Source of the DNA: the human T2T-CHM13v2.0 reference genome, Homo sapiens
DNA length: 64,000 bases
Assembly: GCF_009914755.1 (NCBI RefSeq)
Contig: NC_060943.1
Direction: 5' to 3' (one strand)
Positions 51,301 through 64,000 of this stretch are shown piece after piece. A program made the position numbers and the translations under genes. Under the pieces are notes generated by a model. The model was not told the DNA's origin, ran no database searches, and worked only from the letters and a program-made list of their open reading frames with translations. How positions within the stretch are numbered: position 1 is the stretch's first letter; the number at the start of each line of letters is the position of its first letter.

Positions 51301-54300
51301 AGAAGCATTCTCAGAAACTACTTCGTGATGTTTGCATTCAACACACAGAGTTGAACATACCTCTTCACAGAGCAGTTTTGAAAACCTCTTTCTGTAGAAT
51401 CTGCAAGTGGATATTCGGACCACTTTGAGGCCTTCATAGGAAACAGTAATATCTTCACATAAAAACTAGATAGAAGCATTGTCAGAAAGTTCTTTGTGAT
51501 GTGTGAATTCAACTCACAGAGTTGAACCTTCCTTCAATAGAGCAGTTGTGAAACACTCTTTTTCTAGAATCTGCAAGGAGATACTTGGAGCGCTTTGAGG
51601 CCTTCGTTGGAAACCGGAATATCTTCACAGGAAAAGTAGATAGAGGCATTCTCAGAAACTTTTTTGTGATATGTAGATTCAACTCACAGCGTTGAACCTT
51701 TCTTTGGATGGAGCAGTTTTGAAAATCCCTTTTATCGAATCTGCAGGTAGACATTTGGGGTGCTTTGAGGGCTGTGGTGCAAAAGGAAATGTCTTCCCAT
51801 AGAAACTAGACTGCAGCATTCTCAGCAACTTCTTGGTGACGTTTGCATTCATCTCACAGTGTTGAACATACCTTTCCATAGAGTGGTTTTGAAACACTGT
51901 TTTTGTAGAATCGGCAAGTGGATATTTGGACTGCTTTGAGGCCTTCATCGGAAACGGGAATATCTTCAAATAAACACTAGAGAGAAGCATTCTCAGAAAC
52001 TTCTTTGTCATCTGTCCATTCAACTCACAGAGTTGAACCTTCCTTTTTATGGAGCAGTTTTGAAACACTCCTTTTGGAGAATCTGCAAGTGGATATTTGG
52101 AGCGCTTTGAGGCCTATGGTAGAAAAAGAAATATCTGCCTCTAAAAACCAGACAGAAGCATTCCGAGAAACTTCTTTGTGATGTTTGCATTCAACTAGCA
52201 GAGTTGAACCTTCCTTTTGATAGGGCAGTTTGGAAACACTCTTTTTGTAGAATCTGCATGTGGATATCTGGAGCGGTTTGAGGCCTACGGTCAAAAAGGA
52301 AATATCTTCCTGGGAAAAATAGACGAAAGCATTCTCAGAAAGTGCTTTGTGATATGTGCATTCGACTCACCGAGTTGAAACTTTTTTTTGATAGAGCAGT
52401 TTTGAAACACTCTGTAGAATCTGAAAGTGGATATTTGGAGCTCTTTGAGGGCTATGGCGGAAAAGAAAATATATTCACATTAAAGTAGACAGCAGCATTC
52501 TCAGAAACTTCTTTAGGATGTTTGCAGTAAACTCACAGAGTTGAACCTACCTTTCCGTAGAGCAGTTTTGAAACACTCTGTTTGTGGGATCCGCAAGTGG
52601 ATATTTGGACCGCTTTGAGACCTTTGCTGGAAATGGGAATATCTGCACATATAAACTAGACAGAAGCATTCTCAGAAACTTCTTCGTGATGTGTGCATTC
52701 TACTCCCGAATTTGAATCTTCCTTTTCATGAAGCAGTTTTGAAACACTCTGTTTGTGCAATCCACAATTGGATAATTGGAACGCTTTGATGCCCATGGTA
52801 GAAAAGGAAATACCCTCATATAAAAACTAGACAGAAGGATTCACAGAAAATGCTTTGTGATGTGTGCATTCAAATCACGGAGTTGAATCTTTCTTTTGTC
52901 AGAGCAGTTTTGAAACACTGTTTCTGTGGAATCTGCCAGCGGACACTTGGAGCGCTTTGAGGGCTGTGGTGGAGAAGGAAATATCTTCCCATAAAAACTA
53001 GAAAGAAGCATTCTCAGAAACATTTATGTGAAGCGTGCATTCAACTCACAGAGTTGAACCTTCCTTTTGATACAACAGTTTTGAAACACTCTTTGGAACA
53101 ATTGCAGGTGAATCTTTGGAGCGCTTTGAAGCCTTTGTTGGAAATGGGAATATCTTCACACACAAACTAGCCAGAAGCATTCTCAGAAACTTCTTTGTGA
53201 TGTGTGCGTTGAACCCAGAGAGATGAACCTTTCCTTTGATAGAGCAGTTTTGAAACGTGTTTTTGTAAGATCGGCAAGCGGATAATTGGCTTCGCTTTGT
53301 GTCCTTTGGTGGAAACGGGCATGTCTTCTAATAAAAACTAGACAGAAATATTCTCAGAATCTCCTTTGTGATGTGGGCATTCAACTAACACAGTTGAACA
53401 TTACTTTTCACAGAGCAGTTTTGAAACACTCTTTTGGTAGAATCTGCCAGTGGATATTTGGAGCGCTTGGAGGGCTATTGTGCCAATGGAAATATCTGCC
53501 CCTGAAAACTAGACAGAAGCATTCTCAGAAACTACTTCGTGATGTTTGCATTCAACACACAGAGTTGAACATACCTCTTCACAGAGCAGTTTTGAAAACC
53601 TCTTTCTGTAGAATCTGCAAGTGGATATTCGGACCACTTTGAGGTCATCATAGGAAACAGTAATATCTTCACATAAAAACTAGATAGAAGCATTGTCAGA
53701 AAGTTCTTTGTGATGTGTGAATTCAACTCACAGAGTTGAACCTTCCTTTAATAGAGCAGTTGTGAAACACTCTTTTTCTAGAATCTGCAGGTAGATATTT
53801 GGAGCGCTTTGAGGCCTTCGTTGGAAACCGGAATATCTTCACAGGAAAAGTAGATAGAGGCATTCTCAGAAACATTTTTGGGATATGTAGATTCAACTCA
53901 CAGCCTTGAACCTTTCTTTGGATGGAGCAGTTTTGAAAAACTCTTTTATCGAATCTGCAGGTAGACATTTGGGGTGCTTTGAGGGCTGTGGTGCAAAAGG
54001 AAATGTCTTCCCATAGAAACTAGACTGAAGCATTCTCAGCAACTTCTTGGTGACGTTTGCATTCATCTCACAGTGTTGAACATACCTTTCCATAGAGTGG
54101 TTTTGAAACACTGTTTTTGTAGAATCGGCAACTGGATATTTGGACTGCTTTGAGGCCTTCATCGGAAACGGGAATATCTTCACATAAACACTAGAGAGAA
54201 GCATTCTCAGAAACTTCTTTGTCATCTGTCCATTCAACTCACAGAGTTGAACCTTCCTTTTTATAGAGCAGTTTTGAAACACTCCTTTTGGAGAATCCGC

Positions 54301-57300
54301 AAGTGGATATTTGGAGCGCTTTGAGGCCTATGGTAGAAAAAGAAATATCTGCCTCTAAAAACCAGACAGAAGCATTCCGAGAAACTTCTTTGTGATGTTT
54401 GCATTCAACTAGCAGAGTTGAACCTTCCTTTTGATAGGGCAGTTTGGAAACACTCTTTTTGTAGAATCTGCATGTGGATATCTGGAGCGGTTTGAGGCCT
54501 ACGGTCAAAAAGGAAATATCTTCCTGGGAAAAATAGACGAAAGCATTCTCAGAAAGTGCTTTGTGATATGTGCATTCGACTCACCGAGTTGAAACTTTTT
54601 TTTGATAGAGCAGTTTTGAAACACTCTGTAGAATCTGAAAGTGGATATTTGGAGCTCTTTGAGGGCTATGGCGGAAAAGAAAATATATTCACATTAAGGT
54701 AGACAGCAGCATTCTCAGAAACTTCTTTAGGATGTTTGCAGTAAACTCACAGAGTTGAACCTACCTTTCCGTAGAGCAGTTTTGAAACACTCTGTTTGTG
54801 GGATCCGCAAGTGGATATTTGGACCGCTTTGAGACCTTTGCTGGAAATGGGAATATCTTCACATATAAACTAGACAGAAGCATTCTCAGAAACTTCTTCG
54901 TGATGTGTGCATTCTACTCCCGAATTTGAATCTTCCTTTTCATGAAGCAGTTTTGAAACACTCTGTTTGTGCAATCCACAATTGGATAATGGGAGCGCTT
55001 TGATGCCCATGGTAGAAAAGGAAATATCCTCATATAAAAACTAGACAGAAGGATTCACAGAAAATGCTTTGTGATGTGTACATTCAAATCACGGAGTTGA
55101 ATCTTTCTTTTGTCAGAGCAGTTTTGAAACACTGTTTCTGTGGAATCTGCCAGCGGACACTTGGAGCGCTTTGAGGGCTGTGGTGGAGAAGGAAATATCT
55201 TCCCATAAAAACTAGAAAGAAGCATTCTCAGAAACATTTATGTGAAGCGTGCATTCAACTCACAGAGTTGAACCTTCCTTTTGATACAACAGTTTTGAAA
55301 CACTCTTTGGAACAATTGCAGGTGAATCTTTGGAGCGCTTTGAAGCCTTTGTTGGAAATGGGAATATCTTCACACACAAACTAGCCAGAAGCATTCTCAG
55401 AAACTTCTTTGTGATGTGTGCGTTGAACCCAGAGAGATGAACCTTTCCTTTGATAGAGCAGTTTTGAAACGTGTTTTTGTAAGATCGGCAAGCGGATAAT
55501 TGGCTTCGCTTTGTGTCCTTTGGTGGAAACGGGAATATCTTCTAATAAAAACTAGACAGAAATATTGTCAGAATCTCCTTTGTGATGTGGGCATTCAACT
55601 AACACAGTTGAACATTTCTTTTCACAGAGCAGTTTTGAAACACTCTTTTGGTAGAATCTGCCAGTGGATATTTGGAGCGCTTGGAGGGCTATTGTGCCAA
55701 TGGAAATATCTGCCCCTGAAAACTAGACAGAAGCATTCTCAGAAACTACTTCGTGATGTTTGCATTCAACACACAGAGTTGAACATACCTCTTCACAGAG
55801 CAGTTTTGAAAACCTCTTTCTGTAGAATCTGCAAGTGGATATTCGGACCACTTTGAGGCCTTCATAGGAAACAGTAATATCTTCACATAAAAACTAGATA
55901 GAAGCATTGTCAGAAAGTTCTTTGTGATGTGTGAATTCAACTCACGGAGTTGAACCTTCCTTCAATAGAGCAGTTTTGAAACACTCTTTTTCTAGAATCT
56001 GCAAGTAGATATTTGGAGTGCTTGGAGGCCTTCGTTGGAAACCGGAATATCTTCACAGGAAAAGTAGATAGAGGCATTCTCAGAAACTTTTTTGTGATAT
56101 GTAGATTCAACTCACAGCGTTGAACCTTTCTTTGGATGGAGCAGTTTTGAAAAACTCTTTTATCGAATCTGCAGGTAGACATTTGGGGTGCTTTGAGGGC
56201 TGTGGTGCAAAAGGAAATGTCTTCCCATAGAAACTAGACTGAAGCATTCTCAGCAACTTCTTGGTGACGTTTGCATGCATCTCACAGTGTTGAACATACC
56301 TTTCCATAGAGTGGTTTTGAAACACTGTTTTTGTAGAATCGGCAAGTGGATATTTGGACTGCTTTGAGGCCTTCATCGGAAACGGGAATATCTTCACATA
56401 AACACTAGAGAGAAGCATTCTCAGAAACTTCTTTGTCATCTGTCCATTCAACTCACAGAGTTGAACCTTCCTTTTTATGGAGCAGTTTTGAAACACTCCT
56501 TTTGGAGAATCTGCAAGTGGATATTTGGAGCGCTTTGAGGCCTATGGTAGAAAAAGAAATATCTGCCTCTAAAAACCAGACAGAAGCATTCCGAGAAACT
56601 TCTTTGTGATGTTTCCATTCAACTAGCAGAGTTGAACCTTCCTTTTGATAGGGCAGTTTGGAAACACTCTTTTTGTAGAATCTGCATGTGGATATCTGGA
56701 GCGGTTTGAGGCCTACAGTCAAAAAGGAAATATCTTCCTGGGAAAAATAGACGAAAGCATTCTCAGAAAGTCCTTTGTGATATGTGCATTCGACTCACCG
56801 AGTTGAAACTTTTTTTTGATAGAGCAGTTTTGAAACACTCTGTAGAATCTGAAAGTGGATATTTGGAGCTCTTTGAGGGCTATGGCGGAAAAGAAAATAT
56901 ATTCATATTAAACTAGACAGCAGCATTCTCAGAAACTTCTTTAGGATGTTTGCAGTAAACTCTCAGAGTTGAACCTACCTTTCCGTAGAGCAGTTTTGAA
57001 ACACTCTGTTTGTGGGATATGCAAGTGGATATTTGGACAGCTTTGAGAACTTTGCTGGAAATGGGAATATCTTCACATATAAACTAGACAGAAGCATTCT
57101 CAGAAACTTCTTCGTGATGTGTGCATTCTACTCCCGAATTTGAATCTTCCTTTTCATGAAGCAGTTTTGAAACACTCTGTTTGTGCAATCCACAATTGGA
57201 TAATTGGAACGCTTTGATGCCCATGGTAGAAAAGGAAATATCCTCATATAAAAACTAGACAGAAGGATTCACAGAAAATGCTTTGTGATGTGTGCATTCA

Positions 57301-60300
57301 AATCACGGAGTTGAATCTTTCTTTTGTCAGAGTAGTTTTGAAACACTGTTTCTGTGGGATCTGCCAGCGGACACTTGGAGCGCTTTGAGGGCTGTGGTGG
57401 AGAAGGAAATATCTTCCCATAAAAACTAGAAAGAAGCATTCTCAGAAACATTTACGTGAAGCGTGCATTCAACTCACAGAGTTGAACCTTCCTTTTGATA
57501 CAACAGTTTTGAAACACTCTTTTGAACAATTGCAGGTGAATCTTTGGAGCGCTTTGAAGCCTTTGTTGGAAATGGGAATATCTTCACACACAAACTAGCC
57601 AGAAGCATTCTCAGAAACTTCTTTGTGATGTGTGCGTTGAACCCAGAGAGATGAACCTTTCCTTTGATAGAGCAGTTTTGAAACGTGTTTTTGTAAGATC
57701 GGCAAGCGGATAATTGGCTTCGCTTTGTGTCCTTTGGTGGAAACGGGAATATCTTCTAATAAAAACTAGACAGAAATATTCTCAGAATCTCCTTTGTGAT
57801 GTGGGCATTCAACTAACACAGTTGAACATTTCTTTTCACAGAGCAGTTTTGAAACACTCTTTTGGTAGAATCTGCCAGTGGATATTTGGAGCGCTTGGAG
57901 GGCTATTGTGCCAATGGAAATATCTGCCCCTGAAAACTAGACAGAAGCATTCTCAGAAACTACTTCGTGATGTTTGCATTCAACACACAGAGTTGAACAT
58001 ACCTCTTCACAGAGCAGTTTTGAAAACCTCTTTCTGTAGAATCTGCAAGTGGATATTCGGACCACTTTGAGGTCATCATAGGAAACAGTAATATCTTCAC
58101 ATAAAAACTAGATAGAAGCATTGTCAGAAAGTTCTTTGTGATGTGTGAATTCAACTCACAGAGTTGAACCTTCCTTTAATAGAGCAGTTGTGAAACACTC
58201 TTTTTCTAGAATCTGCAAGTAGATATTTGGGGCGTTTTGAGGCCTTCGTTGGAAACCGGACTATCTTCACAGGAAAAGTAGATAGAGGCATTCTCAGAAA
58301 CTTTTTTGTGATATGTAGATTCAACTCACAGCGTTGAACCTTTCTTTGGATGGAGCAGTTTTGAAAATCCCTTTTATCGAATCTGCAGGTAGACATTTGG
58401 GGTGCTTTGAGGGCTGTGGTGCAAAAGGAAATGTCTTCCCATAGAAACTAGACTGCAGCATTCTCAGCAACTTCTTGGTGACGTTTGCATTCATCTCACA
58501 GTGTTGAACATACCTTTCCATAGAGTGGTTTTGAAACACTGTTTTTGTAGAATCGGCAAGTGGATATTTGGACTGCTTTGAGGCCTTCATCGGAAACGGG
58601 AATATCTTCAAATAAACACTAGAGAGAAGCATTCTCAGAAACTTCTTTGTCATCTGTCCATTCAACTCACAGAGTTGAACCTTCCTTTTTATGGAGCAGT
58701 TTTGAAACACTCCTTTTGGAGAATCTGCAAGTGGATATTTGGAGCGCTTTGAGGCCTATGGTAGAAAAAGAAATATCTGCCTCTAAAAACCAGACAGAAG
58801 CATTCCGAGAAACTTCTTTGTGATGTTTGCATTCAACTAGCAGAGTTGAACCTTCCTTTTGATAGGGCAGTTTGGAAACACTCTTTTTGTAGAATCTGCA
58901 TGTGGATATCTGGAGCGGTTTGAGGCCTACGGTCAAAAAGGAAATATCTTCCTGGGAAAAATAGACGAAAGCATTCTCAGAAAGTGCTTTGTGATATGTG
59001 CATTCGACTCACCGAGTTGAAACTTTTTTTTGATAGAGCAGTTTTGAAACACTCTGTAGAATCTGAAAGTGGATATTTGGAGCTCTTTGAGGGCTATGGC
59101 GGAAAAGAAAATATATTCACATTAAAGTAGACAGCAGCATTCTCAGAAACTTCTTTAGGATGTTTGCAGTAAACTCACAGAGTTGAACCTACCTTTCCGT
59201 AGAGCAGTTTTGAAACACTCTGTTTGTGGGATATGCAAGTGGATATTTGGACAGCTTTGAGAACTTTGCTGGAAATGGGAATATCTTCACATATAAACTA
59301 GACAGAAGCATTCTCAGAAACTTCTTCGTGATGTGTGCATTCTACTCCCGAATTTGAATCTTCCTTTTCATGAAGCAGTTTTGAAACACTCTGTTTGTGC
59401 AATCCACAATTGGATAATTGGAACGCTTTGATGCCCATGGTAGAAAAGGAAATATCCTCATATAAAAACTAGACAGAAGGATTCACAGAAAATGCTTTGT
59501 GATGTGTGCATTCAAATCACGGAGTTGAATCTTTCTTTTGTCAGAGTAGTTTTGAAACACTGTTTCTGTGGGATCTGCCAGCGGACACTTGGAGCGCTTT
59601 GAGGGCTGTGGTGGAGAAGGAAATATCTTCCCATAAAAACTAGAAAGAAGCATTCTCAGAAACATTTATGTGAAGCGTGCATTCAACTCACAGAGTTGAA
59701 CCTTCCTTTTGATACAACAGTTTTGAAACACTCTTTTGAACAATTGCAGGTGAATCTTTGGAGCGCTTTGAAGCCTTTGTTGGAAATGGGAATATCTTCA
59801 CACACAAACTAGCCAGAAGCATTCTCAGAAACTTCTTTGTGATGTGTGCGTTGAACCCAGAGAGATGAACCTTTCCTTTGATAGAGCAGTTTTGAAACGT
59901 GTTTTTGTAAGATCGGCAAGCGGATAATTGGCTTCGCTTTGTGTCCTTTGGTGGAAACGGGAATATCTTCTAATAAAAACTAGACAGAAATATTCTCAGA
60001 ATCTCCTTTGTGATGTGGGCATTCAACTAACACAGTTGAACATTTCTTTTCACAGAGCAGTTTTGAAACACTCTTTTGGTAGAATCTGCCAGTGGATATT
60101 TGGAGCGCTTGGAGGGCTATTGTGCCAATGGAAATATCTGCCCCTGAAAACTAGACAGAAGCATTCTCAGAAACTACTTCGTGATGTTTGCATTCAACAC
60201 ACAGAGTTGAACATACCTCTTCACAGAGCAGTTTTGAAAACCTCTTTCTGTAGAATCTGCAAGTGGATATTCGGACCACTTTGAGGCCTTCATAGGAAAC

Positions 60301-63300
60301 AGTAATATCTTCACATAAAAACTAGATAGAAGCATTGTCAGAAAGTTCTTTGTGATGTGTGAATTCAACTCACAGAGTTGAACCTTCCTTTAATAGAGCA
60401 GTTGTGAAACACTCTTTTTCTAGAATCTGCAAGTAGATATTTGGAGCGCTTTGAGGCCTTCGTTGGAAACCGGAATATCTTCACAGGAAAAGTAGATAGA
60501 GGCATTCTCAGAAACTTTTTTGTGATATGTAGATTCAACTCACAGTGTTGAACCTTTCTTTGGATGGAGCAGTTTTGAAAAACTCTTTTATCGAATCTTC
60601 AGGTAGACATTTGGGGTGCTTTGAGGGCTGTGGTGCAAAAGGAAATGTCTTCCCATAGAAACTAGACTGAAGCATTCTCAGCAACTTCTTGGTGACGTTT
60701 GCATTCATCTCACAGTGTTGAACATACCTTTCCATAGAGTGGTTTTGAAACACTGTTTTTGTAGAATCGGCAAGTGGATATTTGGACTGCTTTGAGGCCT
60801 TCATCGGAAACGGGAATATCTTCACATAAACACTAGAGAGAAGCATTCTCAGAAACTTCTTTGTCATCTGTCCATTCAACTCACAGAGTTGAACCTTCCT
60901 TTTTATGGAGCAGTTTTGAAACACTCCTTTTGGAGAATCTGCAAGTGGATATTTGGAGCGCTTTGAGGCCTATGGTAGAAAAAGAAATATCTGCCTCTAA
61001 AAACCAGACAGAAGCATTCCGAGAAACTTCTTTGTGATGTTTGCATTCAACTAGCAGAGTTGAACCTTCCTTTTGATAGGGCAGTTTGGAAACACTCTTT
61101 TTGTAGAATCTGCATGTGGATATCTGGAGCGGTTTGAGGCCTACGGTCAAAAAGGAAATATCTTCCTGGGAAAAATAGACGAAAGCATTCTCAGAAAGTG
61201 CTTTGTGATATGTGCATTCGACTCACCGAGTTGAAACTTTTTTTTGATAGAGCAGTTTTGAAACACTCTGTAGAATCTGAAAGTGGATATTTGGAGCTCT
61301 TTGAGGGCTATGGCGGAAAAGAAAATATATTCACATTAAAGTAGACAGCAGCATTCTCAGAAACTTCTTTAGGATGTTTGCAGTAAACTCACAGAGTTGA
61401 ACCTACCTTTCCGTAGAGCAGTTTTGAAACACTCTGTTTGTGGGATATGCAAGTGGATATTTGGACAGCTTTGAGAACTTTGCTGGAAATGGGAATATCT
61501 TCACATATAAACTAGACAGAAGCATTCTCAGAAACTTCTTCGTGATGTGTGCATTCTACTCCCGAATTTGAATCTTCCTTTTCATGAAGCAGTTTTGAAA
61601 CACTCTGTTTGTGCAATCCACAATTGGATAATTGGAACGCTTTGATGCCCATGGTAGAAAAGGAAATATCCTCATATAAAAACTAGACAGAAGGATTCAC
61701 AGAAAATGCTTTGTGATGTGTGCATTCAAATCACGGAGTTGAATCTTTCTTTTGTCAGAGTAGTTTTGAAACACTGTTTCTGTGGGATCTGCCAGCGGAC
61801 ACTTGGAGCGCTTTGAGGGCTGTGGTGGAGAAGGAAATATCTTCCCATAAAAACTAGAAAGAAGCATTCTCAGAAACATTTATGTGAAGCGTGCATTCAA
61901 CTCACAGAGTTGAACCTTCCTTTTGATACAACAGTTTTGAAACACTCTTTTGAACAATTGCAGGTGAATCTTTGGAGCGCTTTGAAGCCTTTGTTGGAAA
62001 TGGGAATATCTTCACACACAAACTAGCCAGAAGCATTCTCAGAAACTTCTTTGTGATGTGTGCGTTGAACCCAGAGAGATGAACCTTTCCTTTGATAGAG
62101 CAGTTTTGAAACGTGTTTTTGTAAGATCGGCAAGCGGATAATTGGCTTCGCTTTGTGTCCTTTGGTGGAAACGGGAATATCTTCTAATAAAAACTAGACA
62201 GAAATATTCTCAGAATCTCCTTTGTGATGTGGGCATTCAACTAACACAGTTGAACATTTCTTTTCACAGAGCAGTTTTGAAACACTCTTTTGGTAGAATC
62301 TGCCAGTGGATATTTGGAGCGCTTGGAGGGCTATTGTGCCAATGGAAATATCTGCCCCTGAAAACTAGACAGAAGCATTCTCAGAAACTACTTCGTGATG
62401 TTTGCATTCAACACACAGAGTTGAACATACCTCTTCACAGAGCAGTTTTGAAAACCTCTTTCTGTAGAATCTGCAAGTGGATATTCGGACCACTTTGAGG
62501 CCTTCATAGGAAACAGTAATATCTTCACATAAAAACTAGATAGAAGCATTGTCAGAAAGTTCTTTGTGATGTGTGAATTCAACTCACAGAGTTGAACCTT
62601 CCTTTAATAGAGCAGTTGTGAAACACTCTTTTTCTAGAATCTGCAAGTAGATATTTGGAGCGCTTTGAGGCCTTCGTTGGAAACCGGAATATCTTCACAG
62701 GAAAAGTAGATAGAGGCATTCTCAGAAACTTTTTTGTGATATGTAGATTCAACTCACAGTGTTGAACCTTTCTTTGGATGGAGCAGTTTTGAAAAACTCT
62801 TTTATCGAATCTGCAGGTAGACATTTGGGGTGCTTTGAGGGCTGTGGTGCAAAAGGAAATGTCTTCCCATAGAAACTAGACTGAAGCATTCTCAGCAACT
62901 TCTTGGTGACGTTTGCATTCATCTCACAGTGTTGAACATACCTTTCCATAGAGTGGTTTTGAAACACTGTTTTTGTAGAATCGGCAAGTGGATATTTGGA
63001 CTGCTTTGAGGCCTTCATCGGAAACGGGAATATCTTCACATAAACACTAGAGAGAAGCATTCTCAGAAACTTCTTTGTCATCTGTCCATTCAACTCACAG
63101 AGTTGAACCTTCCTTTTTATGGAGCAGTTTTGAAACACTCCTTTTGGAGAATCTGCAAGTGGATATTTGGAGCGCTTTGAGGCCTATGGTAGAAAAAGAA
63201 ATATCTGCCTCTAAAAACCAGACAGAAGCATTCCGAGAAACTTCTTTGTGATGTTTGCATTCAACTAGCAGAGTTGAACCTTCCTTTTGATAGGGCAGTT

Positions 63301-64000
63301 TGGAAACACTCTTTTTGTAGAATCTGCATGTGGATATCTGGATCGGTTTGAGGCCTATGGTCAAAAAGGAAATATCTTCCTGGGAAAAATAGACGAAAGC
63401 ATTCTCAGAAAGTGCTTTGTGATATGTGCATTCGACTCACCGAGTTGAAACTTTTTTTTGATAGAGCAGTTTTGAAACACTCTGTAGAATCTGAAAGTGG
63501 ATATTTGGAGCTCCTTGAGGGCTATGGCGGAAAAGAAAATATATTCACATTAAAGTAGACAGCAGCATTCTCAGAAACTTCTTTAGGATGTTTGCAGTAA
63601 ACTCACAGAGTTGAACCTACCTTTCCGTAGAGCAGTTTTGAAACACTCTGTTTGTGGGATATGCAAGTGGATATTTGGACAGCTTTGAGAACTTTGCTGG
63701 AAATGGGAATATCTTCACATATAAACTAGACAGAAGCATTCTCAGAAACTTCTTCGTGATGTGTGCATTCTACTCCCGAATTTGAATCTTCCTTTTCATG
63801 AAGCAGTTTAGAAACACTCTGTTTGTGCAATCCACAATTGGATAATTGGAACGCTTTGATGCCCATGGTAGAAAAGGAAATATCCTCATATAAAAACTAG
63901 ACAGAAGGATTCACAGAAAATGCTTTGTGATGTGTGCATTCAAATCACGGAGTTGAATCTTTCTTTTGTCAGAGCAGTTTTGAAACACTGTTTCTGTGGG

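Larger units (their letters stand above)
1..64000 (+). repeat. Alpha satellite array, ~171-bp monomers in a 13-mer HOR of ~2214 bp (SF5-like, probably the chr5/chr19 13-mer)
   Basis: Alphoid motifs (CATTCTCAGAAACTTCTTTGTGATGT, TTCAACTCACAGAGTTGAAC, GAGCAGTTTTGAAACACTC) recur about every 171 bp. A marker position recurs at 474, 2688, 4902, 7116, 9331 ... 57714, 59928, 62142, spaced 2213-2217 bp except for two intervals. Confidence applies to alpha satellite and the 13-mer; the chromosome assignment is recalled and less certain. Confidence 0.98.

Noticed and set aside
474-63364. Recurring ORFs of 60-138 aa on both strands
   Set aside because: They are translations of satellite monomers, overlap in several frames, often begin at non-ATG codons, and are freely broken by indels between copies. 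There is no evidence of coding function.
1-64000. CRISPR-like repeat/spacer appearance
   Set aside because: The sequence between conserved motifs is itself homologous between monomers and repeats every 2214 bp. There are no unique spacers or cas genes.
1-64000. L1/Alu insertion or strand inversion
   Set aside because: All marker spacings are explained by whole monomers, orientation is constant, and I saw no poly(A) tail or non-alphoid sequence.

Overview
The whole 64 kb window is primate (very probably human) alpha satellite: about 375 head-to-tail ~171-bp monomers in one orientation, organised as a 13-monomer higher-order repeat (HOR) of 2213-2217 bp (mostly 2214), with one EcoRI site per unit. 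The A/B monomer order is irregular (suprachromosomal family 5-like). I found no intact CENP-B box: all six B-type monomers carry decayed boxes, mostly through CpG transitions. This fits my recollection of the 2214-bp SF5 13-mer shared by human chromosomes 5 and 19 (D5Z1/D19Z1-type flanking HOR array), but I could not check that by search. I saw no genes, transposon insertions or inversions, and the ORF track only reflects the repeat. I found no new biological system. The interesting signal is array evolution: two out-of-register junctions with hybrid monomers (19-mer and 18-mer units), blocks of HORs sharing diagnostic variants, and mosaic HORs. All variant comparisons were made by eye.
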